A stretch of DNA of 63,791 bases, counting the filler, from Octopus bimaculoides (Eukaryota): the NCBI RefSeq assembly GCF_001194135.2. It is 4 parts of 4 records of this genome, joined end to end, with 100 filler letters (N's around TTAATTAATTAA, not from the genome) between each part and the next. Parts side by side here need not be neighbours in the genome. Positions count along the whole stretch, not along the records: positions 25,023 to 54,449 come from NC_069001.1; 3 more parts are not named here. The stretch is one strand, 5' to 3'. The notes below the pieces were generated by a model. The model searched no databases and was not told where the DNA came from. It was given only the letters and a program-made list of their open reading frames with translations. This document shows positions 26,154-39,409 of the stretch, in pieces. Every line of letters begins with the position of its first letter. Position 1 is the first letter of the stretch. Both the position numbers and the translations under genes were made by a program.

Positions 26154-27430
26154 CAAGGTGATATTAACAAGTTCCCGTACAGGTTATGCTTGATAAAAGA
26201 ATAACTTATTTACCTAAGTTGTAACGTCATCTCCTTCGAGATAGTCATCTTGCGCAGCAATGCACCAGTCCAGCGTTCCTGCACAGTTTGGAAGCCGGAA
26301 GCCGGCCTGTGATTCGCCCTGGATCTCGACATCCGTGTTAAATCAGCGACCTTTGAGCTGCATTTACATCTTGGGGAAGAGATGGAAGTCCTCAGGTGCT
26401 AAATTTGGCGAATAGGGTGAGTGCAGAAGCGATCCCATGTTATTTTTTGCCAGAAACGTACAGATAAAAGAGATCGGTAACAGGGTGTATTGTCGTCGTA
26501 AAGAATGCAATTCTTTGCGCCCCACAGATCCGGTCGATTTCGCCGAATGTTCTCTCCCCAACGCCTCAAAATGTCGCAGTAGAACTCTCGATTAACAGCC
26601 TGGCCTTGGAGAACGAATTCCCGATGCACAATATGGCGAATATAAAAAAAAATGATGGGCATCTCTTGATTGAGTTGCGGCCCTGTTATGTCTTCTTCGG
26701 TCGTGGAGATGAAGGTTTTTCACATTGTGTCGACTTCTGCTTCGTCTCAGGAGCGTATCCATAGACCCAACTCTCGTCACCGGTAAGGATCCCAGAGACG
26801 AAGGTTGGGTCAACAGCGGCACATTGACGCGGCACATCTTGACAAACTTCGATATGGTGCTCCTTCTGCTCAGCAGGCGGGGGATAAACTTGGCAGAGAC
26901 ACTCAACATGTTCAATTCAGACGTTAGGATTTCGTGGATGGACCCATACAACAGATCAACAACATCAGCAATATCGTTGATTGTCCTTCGACGATTCTCA
27001 TGCACAAACTGATGAATTTTCTTCACATTTCCAGGAGTGAGGCTCAAGGCAGGTCTTCCGGATCGCTCATCGTCTTCCAGAGACGTTCTTCTGCATTTGA
27101 AGCGCCCGTGTCTGCCGAAACATTGCATACGACGTACTGGCTCGTCGCCGTAAGCTTCCCGAAGCATGGCCAATATCTCTGTAGCAGACATCCCAGGTTT
27201 AACCCAAACTTTTACGTTGGCGCTTTGTTCTAACTTCATATCCATGACAAAATTGCAAACTGCAGCACACACGTGATCACAAAAACATAAATCTCACAAC
27301 TTGTGAAGTAGACAGCAATGTCATTGCCGAATGAAGGTCACTGTGAGCCCTCACTGTGCGCGGGTGACCGTGTACTGCCATCTGTTGGCGCCTTACAGAA
27401 CTAGTCCGGGAACTTTTTGATATCGCCTCG
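26154..27430 (-). mobile_element. Near full-length mariner transposon with frameshifted transposase
   Basis: Imperfect TIRs: CAAGGTGATATTAACAAGTTCCCGTAC after TA, and the reverse complement of GTCCGGGAACTTTTTGATATCGCCTCG. Minus-strand motifs: MLREAYGD, LEDDERSGRP, KFIPRLL, TGDESWVYGY, DDNTPC, HSPYSPNLAPEDFHLFPKM. Confidence 0.93.
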
Positions 27431-28124
27431 GATTGTGGAGGACAAAAACTCTGTGCGCTGAAGAGAAAGTTAGAAATATAAAGGGAAATGCAAATAAGTA
27501 TGAAACAATGTTATTCTCACATACATATTGAAATAACCTACCATTCTAACCTATGAATCATTTACTGAATTTATGACATTTATATTCTTTGGGTTTCTGC
27601 AAGCACTTTCCTTTCCTATATTTTTGACACTTCACATTGTTAAAGGTTCCATTCTCGTCTGAGATTTAACGACTTAACAAATATAATCATGGATTTGTTA
27701 GCTATTTTAATATGTCAATTTCTGTGTGAATAAATATTTTGTATATTTGATTATGGACTTTTACATTAAGTTTGGGAAGTTAAATATACTTACGCTGTAC
27801 GATACTGTACTAAATATTCGTGATGATTTCCGATGTTGAAACAATATTTTTGAGAAAATCTGCATTAATCTGACCCAGCTGAAGCAGAATGAAACGCAAA
27901 TTGGACGAAATACTAATAATTCCGTTCTCTGGAGTATCTGTTCGCTATCACGTTCGAATAAAAAATAATTTTGGAGGAAAATTAAAAATATACATTTACA
28001 AGTGTAATTAATTGCTTTTATTTGGATATCTGGAATATAGACATTGAGCAACACATTGCATTTAACAGGTGTCAGAAGAAATCGTATAATGGATAGATTC
28101 ACATGGAAAATCAAGAACAATGTA

Positions 28125-28157
<33 letters not shown>

Positions 28158-28165
28158 TATATATA

Positions 28166-28580
28166 GGCGCAGAAGTGGCTGTGTGGTCAGTAGCTTGCTT
28201 ACCAACCACTTGGTTTTGGGTTCAGTCCCACTGCGTGGCACCTTGGGCAAATTTTTTCTACTATAGCCTCGGGCCGACCAAAGCACTGTGAGTGGATTTG
28301 GTAGACGGAAACTGAAAGAAGCCTGTCGTAAATATATATATTTATGTATGTATGTATGTATGTATGTATGTATGTTTGTGTGTCTGTGTTTGTCCCAACA
28401 TCGCTTGACAACTGATGCTGGTGTGCTTACGTTTCCGTAACTTAGTGGTTCAGCAAAAGAGACCTGTAGAATGAATACTAGGCTTACAAAGAATAAATCC
28501 AGGGGACGATTTGCTCGACTAAAGGCGGTGCTCCAACATGGCCGCAGCCAAATGACTGAAACGAATAAAAGAAAAGAATA
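28166..28580 (+). mobile_element. Full-length tRNA-derived SINE with internal (TA)/(TATG)n microsatellite
   Basis: Head GGCGCAGAAGTGGCTGTGTGG...GGGTTCAGTCCC (A/B boxes), microsatellite at about 28333-28385, tail GGCGGTGCTCCAACATGGCCGCAG...AATAAAAGAAAAGAATA. Confidence 0.9.
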
Positions 28581-28919
28581 TGCATGTATAGATACTTACG
28601 TTCAATTATTGTCGTGCACACTCGAATGGGGTAAGGTTTTCGGAGCGCTGTCTCAAAAAATAAATTCTCATTATAGAAAATATGTGTGAGACGAACCCGA
28701 ATTGAACTAGGAATGATGTCATTTGATCGTTCTAATGTCGATAAAATGAAGCAAAAGCCACATACTAGAATCAGTTCAATCAATTGTTCTCTCCAGCACC
28801 CAAAATTTTGACCCTGTGCGCATGTAAGAAATCATTATTATTTTTAGTTTGACAGTGGCTCGACAGAATTATGACAATATTGATTAGTTTGTTTTAGTTC
28901 CCGCTAGATACGCTTTACT

Positions 28920-29660
28920 TCAATTTTCATCCTGGTCAACATTACCTACCAGTCTTCAAACCAAATTAGCTTTAAGAGTATTTTTGGAAGCCTAAAACCT
29001 GAAGTATGACCCAATAAAGGCGGAACGGAATCGCTGACCAGTGTTCAGTACCAATTTTATGTGTTGCTAAGTCGTTTTGCTTCATGAGTTACAGATACCA
29101 GAACCATCGTTCATAGCCTCATTAGAACTGCTGGATGCTCGATATATACACAGCAACTAATAAATTTGCTGGCGTGTGCATATGTTTGCCAAGACGGAGT
29201 GAAACATTTTAGGGCACCCAAAGAAACTATGATCAAAATAAAGCTGCACATTGGGATTTAGCAAGTTTGGCGGCACTCAAACAGGCAAACAAATTAGGTG
29301 CAGTAAGTGTCCCGAAAGTAAAATTCTCCTCACGAAAGATTGTATGAAAACATAAACTCCTGGACTATAAATGACATCAGTGGACTGTAGGACACGGGCG
29401 ATTACAGTTTTGCATGCACCAGCATATTTACAATTTGCTTTTTTCATTTCTAAGTATCATGAACAACGGAGTTAGTAAGTGCTGCTGATGAAGAGTAACC
29501 ACCAAATAACGTGGGTCCATCTGTCTAACAAAGTCATTCATGTCCCAGTTCGGTTCATGTCCCGTTTCACTGTTTGTACTGTTTTTCCTTTTTCTTCCAT
29601 TTTGTGCATGTCTTAACTGATACTTTCATTTCCTGTGCCCCTGTTCCCTAGTTTGGCATT
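28920..29660 (+). pseudogene. Possible highly decayed PLE 3' region (thumb, GIY-YIG, terminal repeat)
   Basis: Weak translated fragments RTIVHSLIRTA, AYVCQDGVKHFRAPKET and HWDLASL, followed by CTGATGAAGAG at 29496 and a pyrimidine-rich tail. Confidence 0.3.
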
Positions 29661-29672
29661 TTGCTACACTCA

Positions 29673-31136
29673 TCTATAATATAAATTGAACATTGGCGAC
29701 CGTTGTATTCTTTCTTGTCTCGAGGTTCACCGCCAAACAGCTGGGTGGATTCACGTGAAAAATGGCACAAATATGAAGACGGGTGCATAGATTGGAACGC
29801 GCTTTGTATTTTTTCCTAGCCCCCATAGTTACCGAGAAAATCGATTAAAACCTGCGTGTGTGCGTGTATGTGAGTGTGTGTCACTGAAGCCTTTCATACA
29901 TACATACATAACTACTCTCTCTCTTTCTCGGTTTTTCTCTGTCACTCTCTCTCTCATATACACACACCATCAACATTTCTCTCTCTGTCTCGCACACCCC
30001 ATCAAACATACACACACACACACAGACATACGCACGCACTCACTTCTTCCGTCTCACGCCAAGTTCAAAAGCAGTTCAGTCATAAAACTGTCCATGTCTC
30101 TTTTCATTTGACGCCCACTTTAAAAGATCCTCTTTCCTCGAAAAACACATATTCAAAAAATATTTTCACTTGTCCTGCCATTGATCGAGAGATAAAACAC
30201 AAACCACCTCCTACTGACCGCAAAACTCGCCAAATTAGCCGCAAAAAACACACACACATACACACACACACGTCCATTTGATGTCTTTCACTTTCTCTAT
30301 GATTATACACACATCCAATACAATAGGTCTCACATACATATTCGTCTTCAACAGGTATGCGTCTACTCTATAATATGAATTGTTTTTCAATAAGCGTATA
30401 ACAATTACTTATTCCATACTTCTTCACTTAGCTTATATTTTGACTTTTCTTAAATTGGATACATCTGCTATTAATTCTTACATACAATTTCCCCGTTGAG
30501 TCTTACAGCTTCATTTTATGTTAAAGCAATTCTTAACGTCAACTTCTTAATGCCTCTTCTATTTTTCCTAGCCCCCATACTTACCGAGAACATTGATTAA
30601 AACGTTTTCTAATGCAATTCCCCTTTCTTCTACCATTAACACAACCACTTGCTCACACACCTTACAGTTTGTCATTGAAACTACATAATACGTAGAAATG
30701 TCGCATTAATACAGTAGGGTGTTTTGAGGGAGATTTGGCTGCTATTTCTACTAGGTCTACCTACCATGTAGAGGTCTGAACTTAATTTTCATTCACATAT
30801 TTGCATTTCAAACATTTAACATAATCTTTTCTATAAATCAACTATCGAAAAAGTTTCTACCATAACCTCACATTTTCTATGTATGTGTGTGTACCTTAAA
30901 AGACGTGATTAGACAGAGGTCCAATAAAATAGTTCTCATAAACAGACTACCTAGAAATTCTTTCTTCACAACTCCTGAAGCTGTTTCCTGTGAAGATATT
31001 TTGGAAAGACTTCTGCCCTCCCCCACCCCATTTTCTCTACTTATTCCATACTTCTTCACTTAGCTTTTATCTTCACTTTTCTTAAATTTGATACGTCTGC
31101 TATTAATTCTTACATACAATTTCCCCGAACTCCTGA
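29673..31136 (+). mobile_element. Putative non-autonomous Helitron-like element (5' end seen, 3' end not seen)
   Basis: A|TCTATAATATAAATTGA start resembles the 43233 Helitron start TCTATATTTATAAAATTGA. Internal duplications at 29807-29851/30560-30603 and 30406-30495/31038-31127. Right boundary is arbitrary (gap). Confidence 0.45.
30711..30770 (-). repeat. Dispersed repeat family GCTAGAAATAGCAGCCAAATCTCCCTCAAA (best copy)
   Basis: Related copies at about 2335-2370 (-), 18675-18740 (+), 19735-19780 (-) and 20125-20200 (+). Confidence 0.65.
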
Positions 31137-32001
31137 NNNNNNNNNNNNNNNNNNNNNNNNNNNNNNNNNNNNNNNNNNNNNNNNNNNNNNNNNNNNNNNN
31201 NNNNNNNNNNNNNNNNNNNNNNNNNNNNNNNNNNNNNNNNNNNNNNNNNNNNNNNNNNNNNNNNNNNNNNNNNNNNNNNNNNNNNNNNNNNNNNNNNNNN
31301 NNNNNNNNNNNNNNNNNNNNNNNNNNNNNNNNNNNNNNNNNNNNNNNNNNNNNNNNNNNNNNNNNNNNNNNNNNNNNNNNNNNNNNNNNNNNNNNNNNNN
31401 NNNNNNNNNNNNNNNNNNNNNNNNNNNNNNNNNNNNNNNNNNNNNNNNNNNNNNNNNNNNNNNNNNNNNNNNNNNNNNNNNNNNNNNNNNNNNNNNNNNN
31501 NNNNNNNNNNNNNNNNNNNNNNNNNNNNNNNNNNNNNNNNNNNNNNNNNNNNNNNNNNNNNNNNNNNNNNNNNNNNNNNNNNNNNNNNNNNNNNNNNNNN
31601 NNNNNNNNNNNNNNNNNNNNNNNNNNNNNNNNNNNNNNNNNNNNNNTATATATGTAGACAAACATTTGTTTCTATTAGAAGCGACGAAATGTGCTTTGCA
31701 TGATACAAACAAGAAGATGATATTTTTCCGCGAATGCAGTAATGCCGTTGGAACAGCAGAAGTAGAGGGTAAATTACCCTTATAGAGCGGAAAAATTTGT
31801 CAACCAGCAGCCATGACATTCGAAACCACATCCACCAAAACTCCGGCTCAATGCTTTACCATTACTCGATAACAAATTCGCTAAATGGCTTAATGAAAAA
31901 CCATTTCGGCGCTTCTAATAAAACATGTTTGTTTACATTATACACACGTCGTTGTTCAATGAGCTATTTAGCGTCTAAATCGGCAGCTGAACTTTTCAAC
32001 G

Positions 32002-32072
32002 GGTAGTTTAGCTTAATGGTAACGCACTACTCCAGAAGCTTGAAAGATGTAGGGTCGAGTCCCTTGGCTGTT
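32002..32072 (+). pseudogene. Degenerate tRNA-like sequence (SINE head or tRNA pseudogene)
   Basis: GGTAGTTTAGCTTAATGGTAACGC (A-box-like) and AGGGTCGAGTCCCT (T-arm-like), but no anticodon stem and a poor acceptor stem. Confidence 0.45.
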
Positions 32073-32540
32073 TGTTGACAAGTTTTGCCTGCCTTTTAAG
32101 GGCAATTTACTCACTGCTTTCGAAAAATAAAAAAAGTATGTAATATATATTACACATCATGTATATATGTTGTATATGCAATTACATACATATATGAGTG
32201 TAGCATTGTTTTTCATGTTCAAGATAAGGAGACTGGAGATCTTATTATAATAATTATTTTTAATTAAATATAATTTAAAAACTTCTGTCTGAAACAGATT
32301 TTCCTCCAAATTTGAAAATCAATTAAGTCTTTAGAATTCTTATTATTTAGATGTTTATGTTACATTTTAATCACATTATATTGTATTATGTTATTTTTCT
32401 ATTTAACTATTTAATTACATACTTAACAGATAGGGATATTATTGTTAGAAACAAAAGAAGAATTTGAACACAAGCATAGATATATCTAGTCATATATATT
32501 TTTACACATAGACATACATGAACCCTCATTTTTACGTATG

Positions 32541-32601
<61 letters not shown>

Positions 32602-35600
32602 TGCGTGTGTGTGTTTGCGTGTTCTAAAGTGGGAGTGATATTGATAATTAGAACATTGGTAATGATGACGGAAATGAAAACTAGTATCTCTCCATAAGTT
32701 ATTAAATTCTGTGAAACTTAATAAAGTACCTTTGAACTTGTCATTCACCTTTTCATAATGCGCACGCAAAAATAAGTCTGCGTTATTTAAAAAAAAATGA
32801 GCTAAACTGATTCACCCTGGGAGTCTTACAATAGACAATCAATATATTGCTGGCCTACTTAATTCATTATACATTTGGTAATGTTCATTAGTATCATTGT
32901 CATATTCTGCTTCTACTTCACATTATAACCGTACTTATCGTTAATTATATTATTAGAGTGGTTGGTTCATTCTTTGCAACATTGATCGGTATTTAACTTA
33001 TAGTTGTTTACATTCTGATTTCAAGACCGCCGAGATGAATATCACATTTGATCGTTCTAATGTCGATAAAATGAAGCAAAAGCCACATACTAGAATCAGT
33101 TCAATCCATTGTTCTCTCCAGAAATCATCATTATTTTATAATTTGACAGTGGCTTAACAGAATTATGACAATATTGGTTAGTTTGTTTAACTGATCATGT
33201 GACCTGATGGTAATATGTTGTCGGCAAAAAAAAAATGGTTTCGAAGAGACCTATGAAACCCACGCAATAAATACCAGAAAACAGGCGATTGAAATATTCG
33301 GAGCCAGCTCAAACTAAAACTTTCCGCCAATAGTATTGGCATGAGGGAGACATATTGTATTGCAGTGTGTCACATGGAGCTGAAGGCACGGAAGGAAGCA
33401 ATCAGAATTTATAATACTCAAATGTAATGCTGAGAGGACTGAGCGTTACAACAGGAATAGAAAGTAACCATGATACTGCTTCACAGAGACTAATTTTATA
33501 CCGCGATAATGTTCGAGGAAGATAAGGGAATCCTAAGACTTAAGCCTATTTCACAACAAATTAAATGGAAGATTTCCAGTTGTTCGTTGCTCTAAATGAT
33601 CTATGCGACGATTACAAATGTAGTGAGCTGTGTCAAATGCTGGGTGGCCAAATACTATACTTGCGTCAGGACAAATCACTTCAGAGGTTTCTACCTCATC
33701 GGATAACAACAGGTTGATAGAGGCCACTTTTTGTTAAGAAGTATATTCACAACAAAATGCACCACAATTAGAATTACCTCTCTATTTTGTTGTGGATGAA
33801 AGTATAAAACCATCTGCAAGAATATGTACTTATGTGATAACCTCTTAAACAATTTAAAAGTAATAAAACTAATCTACAGACCCACTAAACGTAGAATACG
33901 CTCAAATATAGACGAATATTCCATTGCGTCCTTCGGATTCATAAAATGAATAGTATAGCTATGGTAGCGACGATATGAGGAGAAAAGAGAGGCCGCCAGT
34001 GAGGGAGAGAAGTGGAATGGTGAAACCATAGTTGTGCCATAAAACAGAAACAAAGATGACACAAATCATTCAGTCATGCTTCCACATCACCAGCAGTAAT
34101 ACACACGAAAACAAAAACCTGAGCAATAATCCCATGTAACAAAACGAGTAGTAACAACACGTAGAACATGTGCAGTCACAAAAACAGTTACAACTACAAC
34201 ATAACCAACAGTTATAAAATAAAAAGGAAACACACATACAGCACGCACAATAAAAATAACAGTATTATCTGCTTCATCGATTGGAAAAGTGAACTCTGCA
34301 ATTTACTATCGGTAATGATGCTGATCTATCCAGAAATATATCAACATAACAACATATAAGCCGGAAGCAAATTTCTCCACCCAGTTCACTACCACTTGTA
34401 CATACACGCCAAAGTTAATGCCCCTCTGCAATCTGGTACGGCAGCATTAAAAACAAATGTTAAATTGTTAAATGGGGCCATTTTATAAAATACATTAATA
34501 AAATTAACAAAATATGAGACTCTTCAATTTTGGGAATTGCATACAAAAATAGCGTGTTTACAGATAATATGTAGTGTTTATTGATCACTCAAATTTACCC
34601 TTACTGTCACATATGATTGTTTGTCATTGATTGCACTGTGCGTTTAATATTTACAAGCATATTATCCTTATTATCCTAAATATATTTATTAGTAAATTAT
34701 TGCCGTTTCTTATATGCTTTTAATTTACGGCAGTTTTCTCGCCTTAGGACAGAAAACTGGAAAGAGTTATAGCTAGAGAAATAGGTAGCGGGTTTTATAA
34801 ACACAAAAAAATTATTAATTCTGTTTGTAAAAGATAAAAAATTTATTATACACTTTTGTTAATTGAAAAACATAATTTTCCTACTAAGGCCGATACACTT
34901 TTCCTTAATATCTTATTTAAAAAAAAAAAAAAATTTACTTAATAAATTCAAATTACCCATGTTGGGCGACAATTTTCTTAATACTTTTAAGAAGAGAAAT
35001 TAGTTTTCATTTCTGCAAACATAAATATTTCTCTAAAATCTTGCTCAAATTTTAATTTTAGTACTATAAAAAATTAATTTTGCATTTTGTCTCTAAAACA
35101 ACCAAAACGTTCATTAACTGTTTTAGGTTTTTTAAATAGAAAAACTGAAAAATGATAATTATTTGAAACTTTGGAAATACGAATTTAAATTATTGTATGT
35201 TTTAAGTATTTTATTAGAGAAATTAATTTTTGTGCAAAAAATAAAAATTTTCATTATATGATGTTTTAAATAATTAATTTTCTTCTTATTTTAACCTATA
35301 ATTATTTTTCTTTTAAATGAAAAGTAACATAATTATGTTCCTTATAATTATCTAATAATATTACAGACAAAAACTATACAGCTATTAAATTGTTTGCCTG
35401 TTATATTATTCTGCTTTTCATTTGTTCAAATTCCACGCATTTAACAATGACTATAGAACGAAATCGAACATATCGTTGAAATCTTTAAAATAAACAAGTT
35501 CAAATATTACACTTTCAAACACTTGTACTATAAAAGTATATTTAAAACACAAATATTTAACGCCATGAAACAGATGTGAAAATGGCTTAATAAGATATGT

Positions 35601-36796
35601 TGCAACATTTTACAACTTTCCAATACCATCCGTGGTTAAGTTGAAAGAATTATACACACTGTAAACTTAGGAATTAAAACTTTTCCAGACAATTTCATTT
35701 CTGTTCAGTTGCTGGATGATTTCCATTATTGGAGAAAGCCTTTCAACACTGATCGAACGTGAGATGAAGTTGTCTCTCGCTATTCTTCTCTCCTCTGTGG
35801 CGTATTACTTTTTCTGAAAAATGTCTGTGCAGCATTTTTCATACGTTGTTATCCTTAAGAATGACTGTGAAGTTTATTTCATTTTTGGTAGGATATAAAT
35901 TTTTAATGAGGTTTTTCTCAGATATCAAACATCCTGTTCTTCAAACAGGGGAGTGGTAGAGTGCTGACTTTTGGAAGTGTTCCTGCGGCTGATTTAAACG
36001 GAGCTATTGTTGGTATGGTGCTCACTGTTCCTACTGGTTTTAGTTGGAAGATAGCACTAGGAAGTGAGGATGGGGAGATCATTTTGAAAACTACAGCCGT
36101 TATACGCAGAAGCAATGATGTCAATATAGAAGCAGTAATTTGTTTTATATTACAGTTTCTGTTCGGAAAGCTCTTAAATAATTTTTATTGCTGTGCGTAG
36201 CAATATGACTCTTTACTTTCACTGCTGGGTTTAAGTCCAGCAGTGAAAGTAGAGAAAGTTTCCTATCACCAACCTTTTGCTGTGTATGTCCATGGTGACA
36301 CCATCCAACGACCTATCACCAAAATTTACATCGGCATTGATGGCCTTCTCATATTGTACCGCAAACGTGGAAATCGGCAAAGAATCACCATATTTACTCA
36401 TGTTCTTCATGGAAACCCTTCTGTGCTTTCTTCTCAGTTATTGTATGATTCGGATATGCCTGTGTGTCTTGTACAATTTGGGCTTCGGTTTTAGCCGCAC
36501 CTTCTGGTTTGAAGTTGACGTACATGATACCATTCAATTTCTTCCTCCCAATAAGTGAAAGAGTTGACTGTTATACTATGATTTCTCGTTTAAATGTCAT
36601 AAATTTTCATTTTCCATGACTTAATATTCTGCATTTTCCGTAATTCTTTTGCTTCGTAGAATATAATCTCTTTTGGGAGTGATTCTATGTAACGGGAAGC
36701 ACATCAGATGATAAAGTAAAAATTGAAATATTTTAAAAATAAGACCTCGTTTCCTCGTACCGGTATGGAGTTGACATTCTGAAATGATCAGTAATA

Positions 36797-36948
36797 ATCC
36801 TTTCTACTACATTGTACCAATGGCTGAAATTTTGGGAAGGGGATTAAGTCAATTACATCGATCCCAGTACTTCACTGGTACTTAATTTATCGACCCCGAA
36901 AGGATGGAAGGCAAAGTAGACCTCGGCGGATTTTGAACTCGGAACATA
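36797..36948 (-). mobile_element. SINE 3' fragment
   Basis: CTGGTACTTAATTTATCGACCCCGAAAGGATGGAAGGCAAAGTAGACCTCGGCGGATTTTGAACTC matches 25175-25250. Confidence 0.88.
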
Positions 36949-38528
36949 GAAATGATCAATAATAATCTCTGAAATAATATACAATACAAAATTTAATTCC
37001 TTCAGTTACACTTAAAATGCAATGAATGTTCTCTGAACAACAATTTTCTATGTTAGAGCAAGCCAGCTGCAACCACCACCACTAGCACCACCACCAACAC
37101 TATAATCATCATAAACATCATCAGCATCTCCAGCATCATCATCACCAACAACACCGCTACTATAACTACCTACAACAACAACAACAATAAACATAATTGA
37201 TAACATTAACTTTTAATTGTTTCTATTGTCAACAACTCTAGGACAGTTCAGAGGTGAAATAGAAAATTAAACAACAATCAACAAGAGATTTATATAAAGT
37301 CTAATAATGAGATCAGGAAAAATGAAAGACAATAATTAGATGATTAATTGACAATATGACTAAATATTAATTGTATAGAAAGCAGTAATGAATTCGGGGC
37401 TGAAAGATATGAGATAATTTGCGGTACGGATCCTCAAACACCGACACCCACAAGCCAAATAATGATAGCCTACTGATGAATAGTAAACCAAGCGAATTAT
37501 ATCATAGTCACCCAGCCTTTTAAAAATTGATTGCAGACCAACATAGCCCTGTTCACATTCACTTGTTTTCTCAATTGGTACTTGAAAGATATTATGAGTA
37601 CTCCAACAGTGACAACAAAACGTTCCCAGATATAACCTCTGCACTGAAAAGTAGGCTACTCGAGCTCGATTGCTAGGGATAATATTGGTTGTATTCGAAC
37701 GATGAAGTCAGGTGTTAGTCAGAATTATCTAAAAATTCATAACAACTTTTCCTCAAAAACTTATAAATCTGCAATGCACAGACACTTAAGAAGTTTGCGT
37801 AGGTTTAAACATAATCAACATAAATATATAGCAATTAACTGTACAATTCATTCCCTATAACACCATATAAATTATAGCAACTGACACAGCCTATTCTACC
37901 TAATCTAAATGAAATAATAAACATTCTACTCGATCACTCGTAATGCGATAAAACAGTATATATTCTCACATAATCGATAACTGCCACTAAACAACATCTC
38001 TAACCATCATTATAATACAACACTATGGATATATAACTGACACAATCACCGCGTGACTATAAAATATATTAGCAGAAAAATGCGGGTAAACGTATATATT
38101 TACTCTCCTTAAGATAAAATAGGACAGATGACGAGGAGGTTGAAGTACATGGACACGGTGGAAATGTAACCTATCTTTCAAAATTTCGAAATTTCAGCTA
38201 CCTTCATCTAATGTTTTGATAACAACGGAGATTATATTTAGATATATAGAAATATGTTACCACTTAGGGTGGAGGTGGGGTGCCTAGGATGCATTTTAAT
38301 TTGTCTAGTAAGAGTTAAATGAGCATTTGTAATCTGCGATGCTCATAAACTAATGAGAAATCATAGTGCTTTAGGGAAGGTGCCTATTTTTGTCACAAAA
38401 AAAAAAAAGAATCGAAAGATATGCCTACATGTGACAAAAAATTGGTATCAATACCACTGAAGCTCTGGAATTCCAACACTTTTCGACTAAGTATACCAAG
38501 AAAATCCACCCTACCGCCATGGCATATA

Positions 38529-39409
38529 TTGGGTCATCCCATAAATAATGCGGTTTTTTATACTCTTTTATTATTCTAAATTAAGATAAAGTCCTTTTTT
38601 AATCTAAACTAAATACTCTCCTTCACTTTCTACAATGCTCTCCCACTGTTTGGTAGACTTGCAAGGCCCCTCTTCCAAAATTCACTTGTCCTTGGCGAAA
38701 AATACTCCTCCAGTACTGTTCTAACCTTGTCTACAGAATTCATATTTTTCTGTCCAAATGATTTTGAAGGCTGCGGAATAAATGATAAACAGATGGGACA
38801 ATGTCCGGCGAATATGGTGGGTGGGGATCGTTTCCTATTCAAACTGCTCTAGCCTTTGGAATGTCATCTTCACTGTATCTGGCCGAGTATTATAGTGATG
38901 GAAGAACACCTTTCGTCTTGAAACCAAAGATGATCGTTCTCCGATGAAACTCAGGTGTCGATGAATCCAAGCTTCTCTGCTAATTTCTCAACAGTTACGA
39001 TGGGATTTTGTTCCACCAGGGTTTGCAGGACGTCCTCGTCATTCTCTACAGATCTTTCAGGACGAGGCTCATCTTCTAAGCAGTAGTTTCCGGCTTGGAA
39101 CTTCTGGACCCACCGTTGAAACCGCCTTACGCTTATTGTCCGATCCCCATATACTGCATTAATATTCCTCGCAATTTGTTTTGCCTTTATTGAACTCACA
39201 AAGCAAAATATACCGTATATACTCCTTTGTCACTTCCATTATAACTTTGGAAAAGTAACTTTTAAAATCCAACTGCACTCTTCGAAACTTGCACTAAGAA
39301 TAAGCCTACCTGCTTTTATAGCAAGTTGATGTAGGTAGTTTATCCTGCCCACCTCCGACTTTTAGTTCATGCAATTGAAAAAAGTTGCATTATTTATGGG
39401 ATGACCCAA
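38529..39409 (-). mobile_element. Internally deleted mariner transposon (881 bp) with TA TSDs
   Basis: TIR TTGGGTCATCCCATAAATAATGC at 38529 with a perfect inverse ending at 39409, and TA on both sides. Motifs: NINAVYGD, LEDEPRP, HPPYSPDIVPSVYHLF, FWKRGLASLP. Confidence 0.95.

Noticed and set aside
32002-32072. Functional tRNA gene
   Set aside because: No anticodon stem and a poor acceptor stem; kept only as a relic.
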